The notes: generated by a model from the letters alone, not told the origin. A DNA stretch of 64,000 bases from Mayamaea pseudoterrestris (GCA_027923505.1 BROI01000007.1:186001-250000), one strand, 5' to 3'; shown: positions 22,220-32,401, counted from the first letter of the stretch. Numbers and translations: made by a program.

Positions 22220-23632
22220 ATGAAGACAAATAGTTGTTTCTTATTGTGTTTATTTGCATTTCAATGCACGACATTGGCGGCATTTCTCCCGTCACGACGT
22301 CGTTCATTCGATGCGAATCCGATTTCGACGAGGAGCGTCCTTCCACCACAATTCGCACATTTCGGTTCCTCGGCCATTTCGATTCTGCAATCACATGATA
22401 GTTTCAACTTGTTGACAAATGATTTGCTAGCTGACGACACAGATATTCTTTCCCGATTGAGCTTGATGGATTATGGATCGGCGGAAGCTTTGGCTGGCCC
22501 ATTCTTTGGACTCTCGTTATTTCCCTACGTCGCCTTTCTTTACTTTTTGAATTGCAAAGAAAACAAGACACCAAAAGGTGTGACGGTAGGGTTCGTTGCA
22601 TTGCTACTCTTCGTCTTTTTGACGATTCCTGCAGCCATTGCCGCCAAGGTTTGGTACGGCGTTTCTCTCGCTGATTGCGATTGGTTGCACGCGAGCGCCG
22701 AAAGCTTGTTGACTGGAACAAATCTGGTCACCGTTGTGGCATTTAGACAAGCACTTGCTGCGACACCATTACTACCGCATGATGACGACCTTATTGAAGA
22801 TAATGAATCGCGTCAATTACCCTCGAGCATGACGAATTACGCGCCCATGACCTGGCTCATGGCAATTTGGACGGCGGCAGCTGGGGTAACTGCCGTTATT
22901 CCTGCTGCATTCGCGGACATGTCGGTTCATGATCTCTACCTTGGAGGATTTTTGGACTTGCCCGTGTCTCTATCAAATTTGTTGGAAGGCCGGTCTCAAC
23001 CTATCAATGCGCTCTCGGTTGGATGCTGGATCATTCACATTTCCAGTCTCGTCGAATTCTTGGCCATTATGGACTATTGCTGGTTGTGGAGCGAGTCAAC
23101 TCGCAATACAAAATGGAAAGGACTTGTATGGGGCCTATTGCCGCTTCATTCATCGGGCCTTACAGCCTGTACCTATCATTTTTTCTACAATCAACTTCCA
23201 GTCTTGGTGCCGCTGCAGGCGCTCTTGACCTGTTTGGGTAATACGACGGCAGCATTTGCCGCCTGGAGAATTGCCAAATCCAATGGATGGGAGCCCACCT
23301 TACGGTTTACAATGAAGGATGAAGATGAAGAGCCTCTGCCGGCAACACCAAGGATTGTAGCCCCATCAAGCGAAACTGTCGCTTTCGTATCAGGAATCAC
23401 GCCCATGCTCGAAGGAGTGGCAGCATTCGGAAGTGTCTACACTTTTTTACTAAAACTGTTTCTTGGGTGTGCATTTGCTTCATATGCTATCAAATATGGG
23501 GAGACATGGCTGCCTGTACCTTTCGAGCCAGACCTTGTTGCTGCTGTTTCGTTCATTGGCATCGCAAGCACATTGAATGCGATAAAATGGCAACGACGCA
23601 GTCAAGATTCATCGTTTGACGGATGGCTGTAA
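22220..23632 (+). CDS. Plastid-targeted membrane protein, DUF3593 + DUF2499 (Ycf49-like) fusion
   Basis: Signal peptide + 'LAA-F'. DUF3593-like 'SLFPYVAFLYFL...FVFLTIPAAI...YGVSLADCDWLHASAESLLTGTNL'. Ycf49-like 'NALSVGCWIIHISSLVE...WKGLVWGLLP....ACTYHFFYN...LQALLTCLGN'. First ATG at 22220. Confidence 0.85.
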   Translation: MKTNSCFLLCLFAFQCTTLAAFLPSRRRSFDANPISTRSVLPPQFAHFGSSAISILQSHDSFNLLTNDLLADDTDILSRLSLMDYGSAEALAGPFFGLSLFPYVAFLYFLNCKENKTPKGVTVGFVALLLFVFLTIPAAIAAKVWYGVSLADCDWLHASAESLLTGTNLVTVVAFRQALAATPLLPHDDDLIEDNESRQLPSSMTNYAPMTWLMAIWTAAAGVTAVIPAAFADMSVHDLYLGGFLDLPVSLSNLLEGRSQPINALSVGCWIIHISSLVEFLAIMDYCWLWSESTRNTKWKGLVWGLLPLHSSGLTACTYHFFYNQLPVLVPLQALLTCLGNTTAAFAAWRIAKSNGWEPTLRFTMKDEDEEPLPATPRIVAPSSETVAFVSGITPMLEGVAAFGSVYTFLLKLFLGCAFASYAIKYGETWLPVPFEPDLVAAVSFIGIASTLNAIKWQRRSQDSSFDGWL

Positions 23633-23729
23633 AATTACCATCCTGCTAGCTACTGTGTGCTTTGACACTACAAGTTATACCATACTGATTATTAGTTTTC
23701 CTGGGGGCGTTATCATACTATAGTATGTA

Positions 23730-24920
23730 CTACATGGCCGACGCCTTGATGGCGTCCGTGACATTGTTGAGCTCAATGCAGAAGCTCGAGATCGATCGAT
23801 CTAAAATAACTTCCTCCTCTTCCTCCTCTTCAAAATTCAGCAAACCTTCGACTTGATCAATGCTGCCTCGCAATGATCCATCCATTATCATACTGGCAGC
23901 AGTCATTTCCGCCTTTTCCGGCGGCACTCTCAAGATGCGCGCCAGTTCCGTGATGTATATGGATTGATACAAGTTGGCGACGGCAACCATATTGTGCTCA
24001 ATAACGCCGCGTTCCATTATGGTCAGTCCGTCGCCCATGACTGCCTTTTGATGATCAGCCAAGGAAGATTCAAACTTTACCAATTCTTGAGGCTGCAAGA
24101 TTTGATGCATGTACATCTTTTTCATAATTTGCGAATGACTCTCCATTCCTTGAATGCTATCCAACTGGTCGAGACGAGCATCTTTGTAAATGTGTGCTAA
24201 GATTCGCTGTCGCTGCGGACCGCTAGGAGCAAGGATCGCGCACGTGACGGCTCGCCCAAGCATTTGCAACAAACTCTCCGCGTCCACCAAATCAAAAGCT
24301 TCGCTTAACTCATGGTATCGCTGCGCCGCCTGCATAAACTTGCGGTTCGCGTCCAAGACACGCGCGTATGTAGACTTGTAGCGAAGCAAAAGAGCCTTGT
24401 TGTTGCTTGCGTCGACCCGCTGCACAACAGAGCCGGCCTTGGTGACTGCGGCATCTGCCTGCTCTGTCTCGTCCTCGTTAAGAAAGCATTCGGCAATCTT
24501 GACAAAGACGTTCATCTTATCCGCAGGCGAAATGTAGTAGACACTATTGTTGTCGTCATCCATGCGAAGTTCCGCGAGAATGCGTGCAGCTCCAGCGTAA
24601 TCCGTGTTAGTTGGATGATTGATCTTGTGCTCGAAAAGCTTCTGACGGAGTTGATTGTCAGCAGCATTCTCGACCGTAACAGGTAGATGACCAAGAGCCT
24701 TAATAATGACATCTTCAATGTGATCGAATGCATCGGGAAGGAAGGTCGGGGATGCGACTGTCGCCTGGATAAAATGAGCTGATAAGGATCGCTGCTCGCC
24801 TTGACCGACGCTTCCGCGTCGCTGCTGGCCACCGAAACTCGAAAAAATGGATCGAATCGAGTCATAAGCCTTGTTTTGAATTCCTGTATTAATGGAAAGG
24901 ATGAGAGCTTGGAGATCCAT
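23730..24920 (-). CDS. CSN4: COP9 signalosome subunit 4
   Basis: 'VKIAECFL', 'YARVLDANRKFMQAAQRYHELS', 'CAILAPSGPQRQRILAHIYKDARL', 'HQKA..GDGLTIMERGVIEHN', PCI domain 'GSIDQVEG'. ATG at 24920 gives 396 aa, a typical CSN4 size. Confidence 0.93.
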   Translation of the reverse strand: MDLQALILSINTGIQNKAYDSIRSIFSSFGGQQRRGSVGQGEQRSLSAHFIQATVASPTFLPDAFDHIEDVIIKALGHLPVTVENAADNQLRQKLFEHKINHPTNTDYAGAARILAELRMDDDNNSVYYISPADKMNVFVKIAECFLNEDETEQADAAVTKAGSVVQRVDASNNKALLLRYKSTYARVLDANRKFMQAAQRYHELSEAFDLVDAESLLQMLGRAVTCAILAPSGPQRQRILAHIYKDARLDQLDSIQGMESHSQIMKKMYMHQILQPQELVKFESSLADHQKAVMGDGLTIMERGVIEHNMVAVANLYQSIYITELARILRVPPEKAEMTAASMIMDGSLRGSIDQVEGLLNFEEEEEEEVILDRSISSFCIELNNVTDAIKASAM

Positions 24921-25384
24921 GATACTGCTGCTACTGGTAGTAAATTCGATTGATGGATCTTCGATGGCTCGACGGTTTCCAGAAAAGTACGAGCATGCAG
25001 GAAGGCGTGCATCAAAAATCCTCTGAAGTCCTAGCGGTACACTAGTCTTTGCACGATTGCGCATCGACCAAAAACAAGCGACGATCGAGTCCGTCGCGCA
25101 CCACCATTATGCTGCTGTCTATGCAAATAAACACATTCGCGGAGCGGGGAGGTGGTGGGATCAATGGTTTAAAAGGATGCAATGACTTTTTCGTGCACTT
25201 CGCGCGCACAAACTTTCCCTATCAATTGAAACCAAAGGAAATGGACTACCAGTAGTGCATGGCACTTCCATATGCACATGCAGTGATGATATGAGTGGCT
25301 AGCTTGGTACTAGTACTTCATGTGGAATGTTGAAGTGTATTGAATACAAATGCTGTTGGCTTGCTCCGACTAACTGCAAAATAT

Positions 25385-25817
25385 TAAGTGTTTAGAGACA
25401 AACTGGGAGCTACAGAGGGTAACAAGCTTGGTGCTGCATGTCACAGGCACTTGGATCACTTGACAGCACACTTGATGGCAAGCTGCCGAGTTGAGTGCAT
25501 GGAGACAAACTGGGACCCGAAGGAGACTGGGTCATGCCCTAGGTGACACGCTGGGCTTTGCACTTGGATCATCTGATGGCACACTTGATGGCAAGCTGCT
25601 GGGTTGGGTGCTGGGAGACAAACTGGGAGCTACAGAGGGCAACAAGCTTGATGCTGCACTGTGAAGGAGACTGGGTCATGCACTAGGTGACTCACTTGGG
25701 CTTGGCACTTGGATCACTTGACAGCACACTTGATGGCAAGCTACTGGGCTGTCAAGTGCTGGGAGATGAACTGGGAGTTACAGAGGGGGACGAGTTTGGT
25801 GTGTAAAACTGCACTGG
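25385..25817 (-). repeat. Decayed ~150-bp repeat with 12-bp substructure encoding P-S-x-x on the minus strand (left part; split by the copia)
   Basis: 'GAGACAAACTGGG' recurs at ~25396, 25502, 25615 and (variant) 25763. The minus strand reads PSSLPSSVPS...PSAKPS. CpG-poor. Confidence 0.7.
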
Positions 25818-26130
25818 TTGTAACTTGTAAATCAAATCGTTGCACCTTTCGCTTGTAGCTGTCCTTGGATGGCCAATCCAAGCTTGCAGTTGCTACAATA
25901 CGAGAGACGAATAAATCGCTTTCTTAACTCTTCAAGCTTAGTAAGTCTGCTTGTTTCTACTCTATATCGCACTAGTTTCAGCAATATACTCGTTGAATCG
26001 CTTCGAAGCCGTCGCTGCCACGCATCACGCGATCGTGAGGCTGTGGTGAGCCGCGAGTGCCGCTGTGTCACCCTATCGGACATTCGGTGTGACTTGCCCG
26101 ATTTTCGCTGTTTTCGTTCGCATCCTGCAA
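25818..26130 (-). repeat. 3' LTR (313 bp)
   Basis: + strand TTGTAACTTG...CATCCTGCAA; matches 32090-32401 except one local difference (GAGAGACGAATAAA vs GAGACGCGATAAA). Confidence 0.96.
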
Positions 26131-26140
26131 CTCCCCTCAA
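26131..26140 (-). other. Polypurine tract (sense TTGAGGGGAG)
   Basis: CTCCCCTCAA on the + strand directly abuts the 3' LTR; the ORF stops at 26148. Confidence 0.85.
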
Positions 26141-26147
26141 GTCATAC

Positions 26148-29100
26148 CTAATAGTTCGATTCCTTGAAGAGCAGGTTCTTTAAGTGCTTGCTTGCCGTAG
26201 CCCGCGGAAGAAACTTGGTAAGTACATCCGCCGGGTTTGTCGTTCCCATGATGTGGTTGAAATTAATAATTCCCGCCGCAATCGCTTCGCGTACACGGTG
26301 AAATGCCAGTGCATTGTGTCGCTTCGTCAGACTAGAGTGCGGTAAGTTGCTGCTTTGCGTTACCGACTTGTTGTCTCCAAACATCCATGAAGGTCCGTCG
26401 AGCGGAACTCCCAACATGCGTAGCGTGAAGCGGAGATCCATGATCTGCTCCGTGCTCACTCTCGCTGCTACAAACTCCGAGCCGTACGTCGCCGTCTCGA
26501 CCGTCGCTTGGCGTTTCGAAAACCAATCGACGACTGTTCCATTCAACATGTGTAGCATGCCCATCGCTGCCCGTCCCGTCGTGTAATCATGGTACAGGTT
26601 TGCATCTTCAAACGTTGACATTCGCACCGCCTTGCCGCGCGGCGTGGGCATGTTCCACGGAAGCTCTTCGCAGATCTTGCCGTACACACTGTAGTCCCAA
26701 TCCATCTTGTCAACTGTCGCGTATCGCTCGTCCGTTGGAATCAAAACATTGAATCGAATCGCTCCATCCGGGTATCGTCGTAAGTATCCGCAAATATGCT
26801 TCAACCGTTCCAAGTGCCCCGCTCGTGGCGCAGCTCGGAATCTCCCCATAGTCATGACAGCGCAGTGAATGTCGAATTGACATAAACTTACTGCCCATTG
26901 CAACGCACCAATTATCGATTGATACTTCGCAATTCCGTCGTCGTCAAGTTCTTTTGTTTCGTCGAGTTCCGGATGATCGCCGTCGCGTAGTGGACTTGTC
27001 TGCGGTCGCGGTTCTTCGCCGAACATTTCCTTGTAGTTCGCTAGTAGCCTTGTGACGTACTTCTTCGCTCCGAAGCATAGTACGCCGTCGTCGTCTCGCC
27101 AAACGTCTGCGCCCAAATGATATGCCAATGGACCGACGCCCTTCAACTTGTAGTTGTAGTTCTCAATTAAAAGATCCGTTAGTTCCTTCGGATTCTTCAT
27201 TGCTATCGCTAAATCGTCGACATACACACAAACGTATTCGTAGTGCGTGCCTTTATCGCGCATCCACACGTCCGGTTCTGCGATACACGGCGTGAAGCCA
27301 ATGTCGCGGAGTGTGTCTGCAAAGTGCTCGTGCCAGCGTGCGCCTGACGTGCGAAGACCGTATAATGCCTTCACGATCGTGAGCGTGTGACCCTCGAGCT
27401 CCCCGAACTCCGGACCTGCCACGATATAAACCTTCTCTTTCGTTTTCGCTTCCAAGTATGCGTTGCCGACGTCAGCTGCCCACAGTTCCAGACCGTTGAG
27501 TTCCGCTAACATCGCTACCATTCGTAGACTTCGTAATGACACAACGCCCGAGTAAACTGAATCCTTCGGCGGCTCTGTCATATGTCCTCCTGCGACGAGT
27601 CGTGCTTTCCGTCGCAAATCGTGCTTGACATCGAATATCATGTGCACGTTTATTCGTTTCCACGGCGCCGGCATGACCTTACCGACTCCTTGATCTGCGA
27701 ACGTATCGTAATCATTTATCTGATTTAATTCCGTTCGAATCGCATCCGTCCACAGCGTGTTGCCGTTGATCTCGTCGAGAGCTTTCGCATCTTTATAATT
27801 GCGCGGCAACCTTACGCCGAATTTGTAGCGTACGCCGTTTGCTTTCGATTTTCGTTTCGCTGCTGTCACCATCTGTCGAAACTTCTTTCGCTTCCGAGTG
27901 TAATGTTCCAGCTGCTTCCATCCTGGCTTGTCGAGTAAGCCGTGCTTGAGTCCATACTCTGCGATCGTTATTGGATCGTCCTTTTTCATGATCGCGAGAG
28001 GCTCCCACGTCGTCGTTCCGTCGGTCCATTCGACGAGAACGTTACTTGAACTTCCCTTGTATGTCGGATCGTTCGGTTTCAAATTAAGCTCGTGTCCGAT
28101 TACTTTCGTGAATACCCACTGAGTCGCCGGATCGTTTCGTATATCTTCGTCCATCTGTCGTTCGATTAAATCTGACAGTTCGTTGTAACTTATTAAGTCT
28201 TTCGCTGGCTCCTCTCCCATCTGGATCAAGAAACCTTTTGTCGTTTCGAGTAGCTCGTTATCGCGTACTTCGATATATTCGCATACAGTCGCTCGCATTT
28301 TCTGACCGTTTTCGTGTTCCCTTACGAACGTGCGTCCGATGAGTTCGCTTGGAGAGAACAGAGGGCATTTATTCCCTGATTCTTGCTCAGCCCTTCTGAA
28401 GAACTTCGCTGGTACGTTGGCGTGGTTCGCCATCGGAATCGTTTCGTCGTCGTTTCCTTCGTAGTTGTCGTGACTACTTTCTGTCGCATTCGTGCTGTGG
28501 TAGCGTCCTGTCGCGAGATCTGGTGTTTCAAAATTCCGCTCGCTTGCGCGTGTAGCTTCTTCAGAAATCTCCCCTCCAGACTCAGGGAAGGAAGGCAACT
28601 CTCGTGGTAACAAGTAGCTGCGCGAGACCACGTTGGAGCGCGGAATCGCCTGAAGCGTGTCGTCCGTCAGAACGAGAAAAGTCATATGCGGGCCGCTATT
28701 CTCTGCGATGCCCACGAATCGGCCGTTGCCAGATCGTACCGCCGAGGGAAAACTCCCCTGCGCCTCAAACGTGACCGGTTCCCACCACTTGAAATGTAAC
28801 AAAGGCGAAATATCCGGCAAATTTCCGAACGCAACTTCCGTTGGAGTGCGCCATCCCAGCGATTTCGTCGCGAGGACGTTCAGAATCATGATTACGAATT
28901 TAATCAGCAAAACCCAGCAATGGCCTGGCGAACCCGAATCTCGTTGGAGGTTCTCCATCATTGGCTTAATGTGCGACGTGTGACGTTCGCATGGATTTTG
29001 TTCTGGATGACCCGGTTCTGTGGTCACTTGAGGAATATTGTACATCCGACAGAGATCCCTCACAGCCTTGCCAGTCTCCGACTTGGCATTGTCGCTGAGC

Positions 29101-31940
29101 AGTCCGTTAGGAGCACCCACTTCGCGGATAAAATCCTCTAACGCGTTTGACATTTCGCTTTCCGACTTCATCGGGTAGCCGCGCGTGTAAAAACTTTCTC
29201 GTCCAACAAAGAGCTGCATCTTAGTAGCTCCCCCATGCCCTAGAATTCCATCATCCAAAGCTGGCGTGTCAGAGTGTATCGTGTCCGTGGCGAATAGTTC
29301 GCGCAACCGCTGAACGTTCGCGGCCGGAAATCGTGATTTCGTGAGGTGTCGAAATGGTAATCGCGGATGTTCGCTGAGATGATACCATGCTTCTGTGTGA
29401 CGTAAAGTCTGTTGAACTCGCTCAGTCGGGACCCATCCGAGGTACGGCCGAAGAGCATTATAGTCCGGTTCCTTGCTTCGCAGCTTCCGCAAATTAACGC
29501 GTGAAAACTGAGCGTGTCGCACGCACCGATTGATCAGTACGTCAAGTTCGTCGCCAGTGCGTGTCGGCGTGTGACGATTGCGGTGCGTGATACCGTCATC
29601 GTCGAATCGTTCGTCGAAAGATCCATAATCGTGATCGCGTTCGTCGAAATCGTCGTGCGCGCGCTCGACATCGTAAACAGTCGGGTCCCACGGCACATCC
29701 GACGTCATGATGACAGTCGGATACTTATCCAAATCATCGAACGTGGGTTTCGTCACGTCCAAGTACACCAGGCCATCGCGAATCGCCAATGGCAAAACGT
29801 AGCCTCCAATGTTCGTCGTAATTCGTTGCGTTCCGCCAAACATGGTCGGAATATCGTCGACGCGATGTCCCATTGCGCGCAATTGATTCGGGCAATGAAT
29901 CGTCGGTCCGTCTCGCTTTAAAGCATACTGGTGACACAAAAGCAGAATGGTTTCGCCACTAAGGGTCTTAGCCAGTCCAGCTGCAGTGCCAATCTTGAGA
30001 GCTGGGACAATATGATCGTCAATACCAGTCACATCCACCTCGGCGTTCGTTTCCGAAACGACGAGCATGTCTCCTCCGCATAAGCCTCCGTTCGCGCCAC
30101 TGTCGATGAGCGCGCCTTCGTTGATCCGCTCGTAGTGTGCGCGATTGACGCGCATACGACGATGCATGTTGAAGCTGAATGTACCTCGTCCGGTGTTATC
30201 AGTCGTCAACGATCCTGTCACTTGCTGAGTTGTAGTACTCGCATTATTCGCTTGCAGAACCGATCGTGCAGCCGTTTGGACTGACATTCCACTATTGCCT
30301 GGCTGAATATTAATCGTGCCAGGAACGCTTGCGTGATCGTTCGCTACAGATTCCGTCGCGTGACGCTCTTGATGCGCCGCGTTGACTTGCGTCTGCGTCG
30401 TAGCCGTGCCTCGTTGGTTGCGCGGTCGCCATCCGTTTTCGGGTGTCTTGGGCGCCGTCGCACGCTTGTCCTTCAACTGCTTTCGCTGATCGAACTTCAT
30501 CTCCAACCAGACTTCATCCTTCACGCTCGCGTGAGGTTTCTTCATGATCGCTGCAAATCGCTCCGCCGATAAGCCGCTTGGAGTCGCGCCGCCATTGCCG
30601 CCGCCGCCTCCTTTCGTTCCACTAGACTGCGCTTGATTGATTGTGCACTTAGTCTTCGTCGTCGATGGGTGTTTCTTGTCATACTTGATGCAGCACTCTT
30701 CTAAGTGTGCGTACAACTGCGCAAAATTGTCTTCCGAGTCGTGTTGCCCCATGTGTTTCTTGATGGCAATCATTCCGTCAAAACCTGCTAGCGAGGCGCT
30801 GAATCCAGTGTGCTCGGAGAAAGCGTCGCGTAGCATGTCGTATCGTTGTAAACCTGTCAGAGCTTCTGCGTCCATTTCGAGCAGCCAGATGACTTTCTTG
30901 TAGAACAGTGCGAGAAATTCGATCGTCGGCCGTGACCACTTCTCGGTCAGCCGCATTCCCTGCAGTTCCGTTCGCGCGCGTTCCTTCTCGATGTGAGCAG
31001 TAGCGCCTTCTTCGTATCGCGTTCGCAATCGTTGGTAGACTTCGCGTCCGTCCATCGTCTTCTTGAACTGCTGTACTGCGAGTGATGCAGACGGAGTTCG
31101 ACAGTGCGTGAGAAAGATCCTGTACACAAACACATTCTTCTTTGCATACGCCTTTTGTTCCTTCGGTCCCTTTTCCTTCGGGTCATAATCGTCGTCAAAG
31201 ACTTCGTGGAAGTCGTGCAATGTAGCGATGACTTTCAACTCGGAAATCCACTGTTTCCACGAGGAATCCAGCTTCATTTCTTTACAATCCTTCGCCGAGA
31301 ACTTGATAGACTTCGTAAATTGGTCTGAATACTTCTCGTCGTCTTCGTCGTCGCCGAGGTCCAGTACGGATGTCGGTGACTGTTTCGTGTCCACGTCCAC
31401 GCTTGTCGGTGGCACCTTGTCGGCCGAGTCGGGCTTCGACTCGTCGCCTTCGTTCGTTAGCGTGGAGTCCTTGGATTCGTCCTTCTTGGATTCCGTTTCG
31501 CTTTCCTTCGCTGGAGGTTTCGCTCCGCTTCCGCTGCCCACGCTCGCAATGTTGCGTGCTTGGACTCGTTCCTTCGCTCGTGCTGTGACGAACGTCGCCA
31601 GCGTTTCGGTGGTCAGTTGCGACCATGTCTTGATGTCAGGCGACTCTTGCGCCAAATACCATTCGATCGCGTTCGTGATCGTGCGTTGTTTCATCTTCGT
31701 TAGCGAGTGTTCGCTCGTTTCCTGCGTGACATTGTCGCCATCGTCAGTCGTCGTCGTTGTCGTCGTCGTGACGTTCCACTTCGTCGCGAAATCGTCGTAC
31801 TCCATCTCGATCAATTGCGTAAGCGATTCTACTCCGAGTTCGTCGAATAACTCCTTGAACTGAGGATCTTGGAAAACGCCTACGTTCTCTTCGTAAACAT
31901 GCGCAAAAGCCACGTCTTTCTGCGCGCGAGTTTCCGCCAT
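26148..31940 (-). CDS. Copia Gag-Pol polyprotein (Gag, aspartic protease, integrase + chromo-like module, RT, RNase H), 1930 aa from the first ATG
   Basis: Protease 'ALIDSGANGG'; integrase D-D-E 'FATDTIH / LLSDNAKSE / EQNPCERH'; RT 'RKARLVAGGH', 'ADVGNAYL', 'KALYGLRTSG', 'VYVDDL'; RNase H 'FEDAN', 'WFSKRQATVETATYGSEFVAA', 'GDNKSV', 'NPADVLTK'. Confidence 0.97.
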   Translation of the reverse strand: MAETRAQKDVAFAHVYEENVGVFQDPQFKELFDELGVESLTQLIEMEYDDFATKWNVTTTTTTTTDDGDNVTQETSEHSLTKMKQRTITNAIEWYLAQESPDIKTWSQLTTETLATFVTARAKERVQARNIASVGSGSGAKPPAKESETESKKDESKDSTLTNEGDESKPDSADKVPPTSVDVDTKQSPTSVLDLGDDEDDEKYSDQFTKSIKFSAKDCKEMKLDSSWKQWISELKVIATLHDFHEVFDDDYDPKEKGPKEQKAYAKKNVFVYRIFLTHCRTPSASLAVQQFKKTMDGREVYQRLRTRYEEGATAHIEKERARTELQGMRLTEKWSRPTIEFLALFYKKVIWLLEMDAEALTGLQRYDMLRDAFSEHTGFSASLAGFDGMIAIKKHMGQHDSEDNFAQLYAHLEECCIKYDKKHPSTTKTKCTINQAQSSGTKGGGGGNGGATPSGLSAERFAAIMKKPHASVKDEVWLEMKFDQRKQLKDKRATAPKTPENGWRPRNQRGTATTQTQVNAAHQERHATESVANDHASVPGTINIQPGNSGMSVQTAARSVLQANNASTTTQQVTGSLTTDNTGRGTFSFNMHRRMRVNRAHYERINEGALIDSGANGGLCGGDMLVVSETNAEVDVTGIDDHIVPALKIGTAAGLAKTLSGETILLLCHQYALKRDGPTIHCPNQLRAMGHRVDDIPTMFGGTQRITTNIGGYVLPLAIRDGLVYLDVTKPTFDDLDKYPTVIMTSDVPWDPTVYDVERAHDDFDERDHDYGSFDERFDDDGITHRNRHTPTRTGDELDVLINRCVRHAQFSRVNLRKLRSKEPDYNALRPYLGWVPTERVQQTLRHTEAWYHLSEHPRLPFRHLTKSRFPAANVQRLRELFATDTIHSDTPALDDGILGHGGATKMQLFVGRESFYTRGYPMKSESEMSNALEDFIREVGAPNGLLSDNAKSETGKAVRDLCRMYNIPQVTTEPGHPEQNPCERHTSHIKPMMENLQRDSGSPGHCWVLLIKFVIMILNVLATKSLGWRTPTEVAFGNLPDISPLLHFKWWEPVTFEAQGSFPSAVRSGNGRFVGIAENSGPHMTFLVLTDDTLQAIPRSNVVSRSYLLPRELPSFPESGGEISEEATRASERNFETPDLATGRYHSTNATESSHDNYEGNDDETIPMANHANVPAKFFRRAEQESGNKCPLFSPSELIGRTFVREHENGQKMRATVCEYIEVRDNELLETTKGFLIQMGEEPAKDLISYNELSDLIERQMDEDIRNDPATQWVFTKVIGHELNLKPNDPTYKGSSSNVLVEWTDGTTTWEPLAIMKKDDPITIAEYGLKHGLLDKPGWKQLEHYTRKRKKFRQMVTAAKRKSKANGVRYKFGVRLPRNYKDAKALDEINGNTLWTDAIRTELNQINDYDTFADQGVGKVMPAPWKRINVHMIFDVKHDLRRKARLVAGGHMTEPPKDSVYSGVVSLRSLRMVAMLAELNGLELWAADVGNAYLEAKTKEKVYIVAGPEFGELEGHTLTIVKALYGLRTSGARWHEHFADTLRDIGFTPCIAEPDVWMRDKGTHYEYVCVYVDDLAIAMKNPKELTDLLIENYNYKLKGVGPLAYHLGADVWRDDDGVLCFGAKKYVTRLLANYKEMFGEEPRPQTSPLRDGDHPELDETKELDDDGIAKYQSIIGALQWAVSLCQFDIHCAVMTMGRFRAAPRAGHLERLKHICGYLRRYPDGAIRFNVLIPTDERYATVDKMDWDYSVYGKICEELPWNMPTPRGKAVRMSTFEDANLYHDYTTGRAAMGMLHMLNGTVVDWFSKRQATVETATYGSEFVAARVSTEQIMDLRFTLRMLGVPLDGPSWMFGDNKSVTQSSNLPHSSLTKRHNALAFHRVREAIAAGIINFNHIMGTTNPADVLTKFLPRATASKHLKNLLFKESNY

Positions 31941-32089
31941 CGTTGTCGTCGTGACAATGTTCTTGCTATCACCTGCGGAACTTTCCGGGCCAAGAACCAA
32001 CGTGCGTCCACGTTACTTCGTAAATCAATAGTACTCTTCGTCGATAAAGTCTCTATGCCGAGGCAATGAGTCTCAAGACAGTGTTAATC

Positions 32090-32401
32090 TTGTAACTTGT
32101 AAATCAAATCGTTGCACCTTTCGCTTGTAGCTGTCCTTGGATGGCCAATCCAAGCTTGCAGTTGCTACAATACGAGACGCGATAAATCGCTTTCTTAACT
32201 CTTCAAGCTTAGTAAGTCTGCTTGTTTCTACTCTATATCGCACTAGTTTCAGCAATATACTCGTTGAATCGCTTCGAAGCCGTCGCTGCCACGCATCACG
32301 CGATCGTGAGGCTGTGGTGAGCCGCGAGTGCCGCTGTGTCACCCTATCGGACATTCGGTGTGACTTGCCCGATTTTCGCTGTTTTCGTTCGCATCCTGCA
32401 A
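32090..32401 (-). repeat. 5' LTR (312 bp)
   Basis: Direct repeat of 25818-26130, located upstream of gag on the minus strand. Confidence 0.96.

Larger units (their letters stand above)
25818..32401 (-). mobile_element. Full-length Ty1/copia (CoDi-like) LTR retrotransposon, 6584 bp, 4-bp TSD CTGG
   Basis: Near-identical LTRs 25818-26130 and 32090-32401; single intact gag-pol ORF in PR-IN-RT-RH order; PPT next to the 3' LTR; CTGG at 25814-25817 and 32402-32405. Confidence 0.97.

Noticed and set aside
25832..26183. 100-130 aa ORFs within the LTRs and antisense ORFs over the genes and gag-pol
   Set aside because: Shadow ORFs with alternative starts and no homology signal.
31985..32000. TGGTTCTTGGCCC as the primer-binding site
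   Set aside because: It lies ~90 bp from the LTR; a PBS must be adjacent to the LTR. The resemblance to the half-tRNA-Met PBS is probably coincidental.
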